A stretch of DNA of 64,000 bases from positions 24,001 to 88,000 of the forward strand of contig JAQVHZ010000002.1 of assembly GCA_028695965.1 (NCBI GenBank). The letters run 5' to 3'. Source of the DNA: Thermoguttaceae bacterium (GTDB lineage Bacteria; Planctomycetota; Planctomycetia; Pirellulales; Thermoguttaceae). The position numbers were made by a program, and so were the translations under genes. Positions within the stretch are counted from its first letter, which is position 1. The number at the start of each line of letters is the position of its first letter. The notes beneath the pieces are model-generated. The model searched no databases and was not told where the DNA came from. It saw only the letters and a program-made list of their open reading frames with translations. This document shows, in pieces, positions 63,587 to 64,000 of this stretch.

Positions 63587-64000
63587 TTACGCGTCTTTAT
63601 TCGATTCGTCGATCGGCAGCGGGAAGCCTTTCAGGACGCCCTCGCAGACAAAGTCGTCGTCGACGACGCACATGAACTTTGCGGTAACGAGGATTTTGCG
63701 CCACTTGAGCATTTCCGACTGAACGATAACGCGGGAGCCCGGCCGGACCATGCCGCGGAACTTCACCTCTTCGAGCCCTGCGAAGCCCATGACGGCGTCG
63801 TCGCCGAACATACGGTGTTTCGTGGTGAAGTAACTTGCCAGCTGAGCGGCGACTTCGCACAGCACGACGCCGGGCGTCAGCGGGAAGTCCGGCATATGGC
63901 CTCGGACCCAGAACTCGTTTTCGGTCATGTCTTTGTATCCGACGCACTTCTTCTCTTCGAAGCTGTCGTAAAGAATGCCGGTCAGCTGTTCCATCTCGTA
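63587..64000 (-). CDS. fabZ: 3-hydroxyacyl-ACP dehydratase, FabZ-like hotdog fold (5' end probably outside the window)
   Basis: 'FWVRGHMPDFPLTPGVVLCEVAAQLASY' matches FabZ GHFPxxPxMPGVLxxEAxAQ. The reading frame stays open to the window edge, and the usual N-terminal 'LPHRYPF' segment is missing. Confidence 0.8.
   Translation of the reverse strand, partial: YEMEQLTGILYDSFEEKKCVGYKDMTENEFWVRGHMPDFPLTPGVVLCEVAAQLASYFTTKHRMFGDDAVMGFAGLEEVKFRGMVRPGSRVIVQSEMLKWRKILVTAKFMCVVDDDFVCEGVLKGFPLPIDESNKDA

Overview
All assignments are by eye from motifs and hand-counted coordinates; no searches were run. The window looks like a chromosomal segment of a Planctomycetota-type bacterium. This is an inference from the N-terminal 'LEERALLS' motif on a secreted protease, many Sec/Tat-exported Asp-box (BNR) and glycoside-hydrolase-like proteins, and roughly 58-65% G+C on hand-sampled lines. 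Most of it is housekeeping: tcdA, ligA, accA, comM/yifB, priA, ispF, apbE, kdsA, nfo, folP, acnA, an initiator-like tRNA-Met, trmB and a partial fabZ. There is also a glycan-degradation neighbourhood at about 31.4-49.9 kb. The stand-out is a ~6.9 kb AT-rich insertion (24326-31275) bounded by 38-bp direct repeats (37/38 identical). It carries only two co-oriented, nearly abutting genes and no recombinase. One is a 1844-aa DUF4011-like / Upf1-DNA2-like SF1 helicase fused to a Vsr/DUF559-like endonuclease fold and a DUF3320-like tail. The other is a 263-275-aa protein with no motif I recognise. I read this pair as a candidate uncharacterised helicase-nuclease defence module. Other points worth a second look: a secreted Cys-Ala-Pro repeat protein (33 Cys) behind a 1.4-kb gene-free stretch, and a tandem triplication of a secreted GH-A-like gene. 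There is also a Tat-exported DegT-family aminotransferase, a 1066-aa secreted protein with in-frame 51-bp tandem repeats, and a long RNase HII-like variant coupled to folP.
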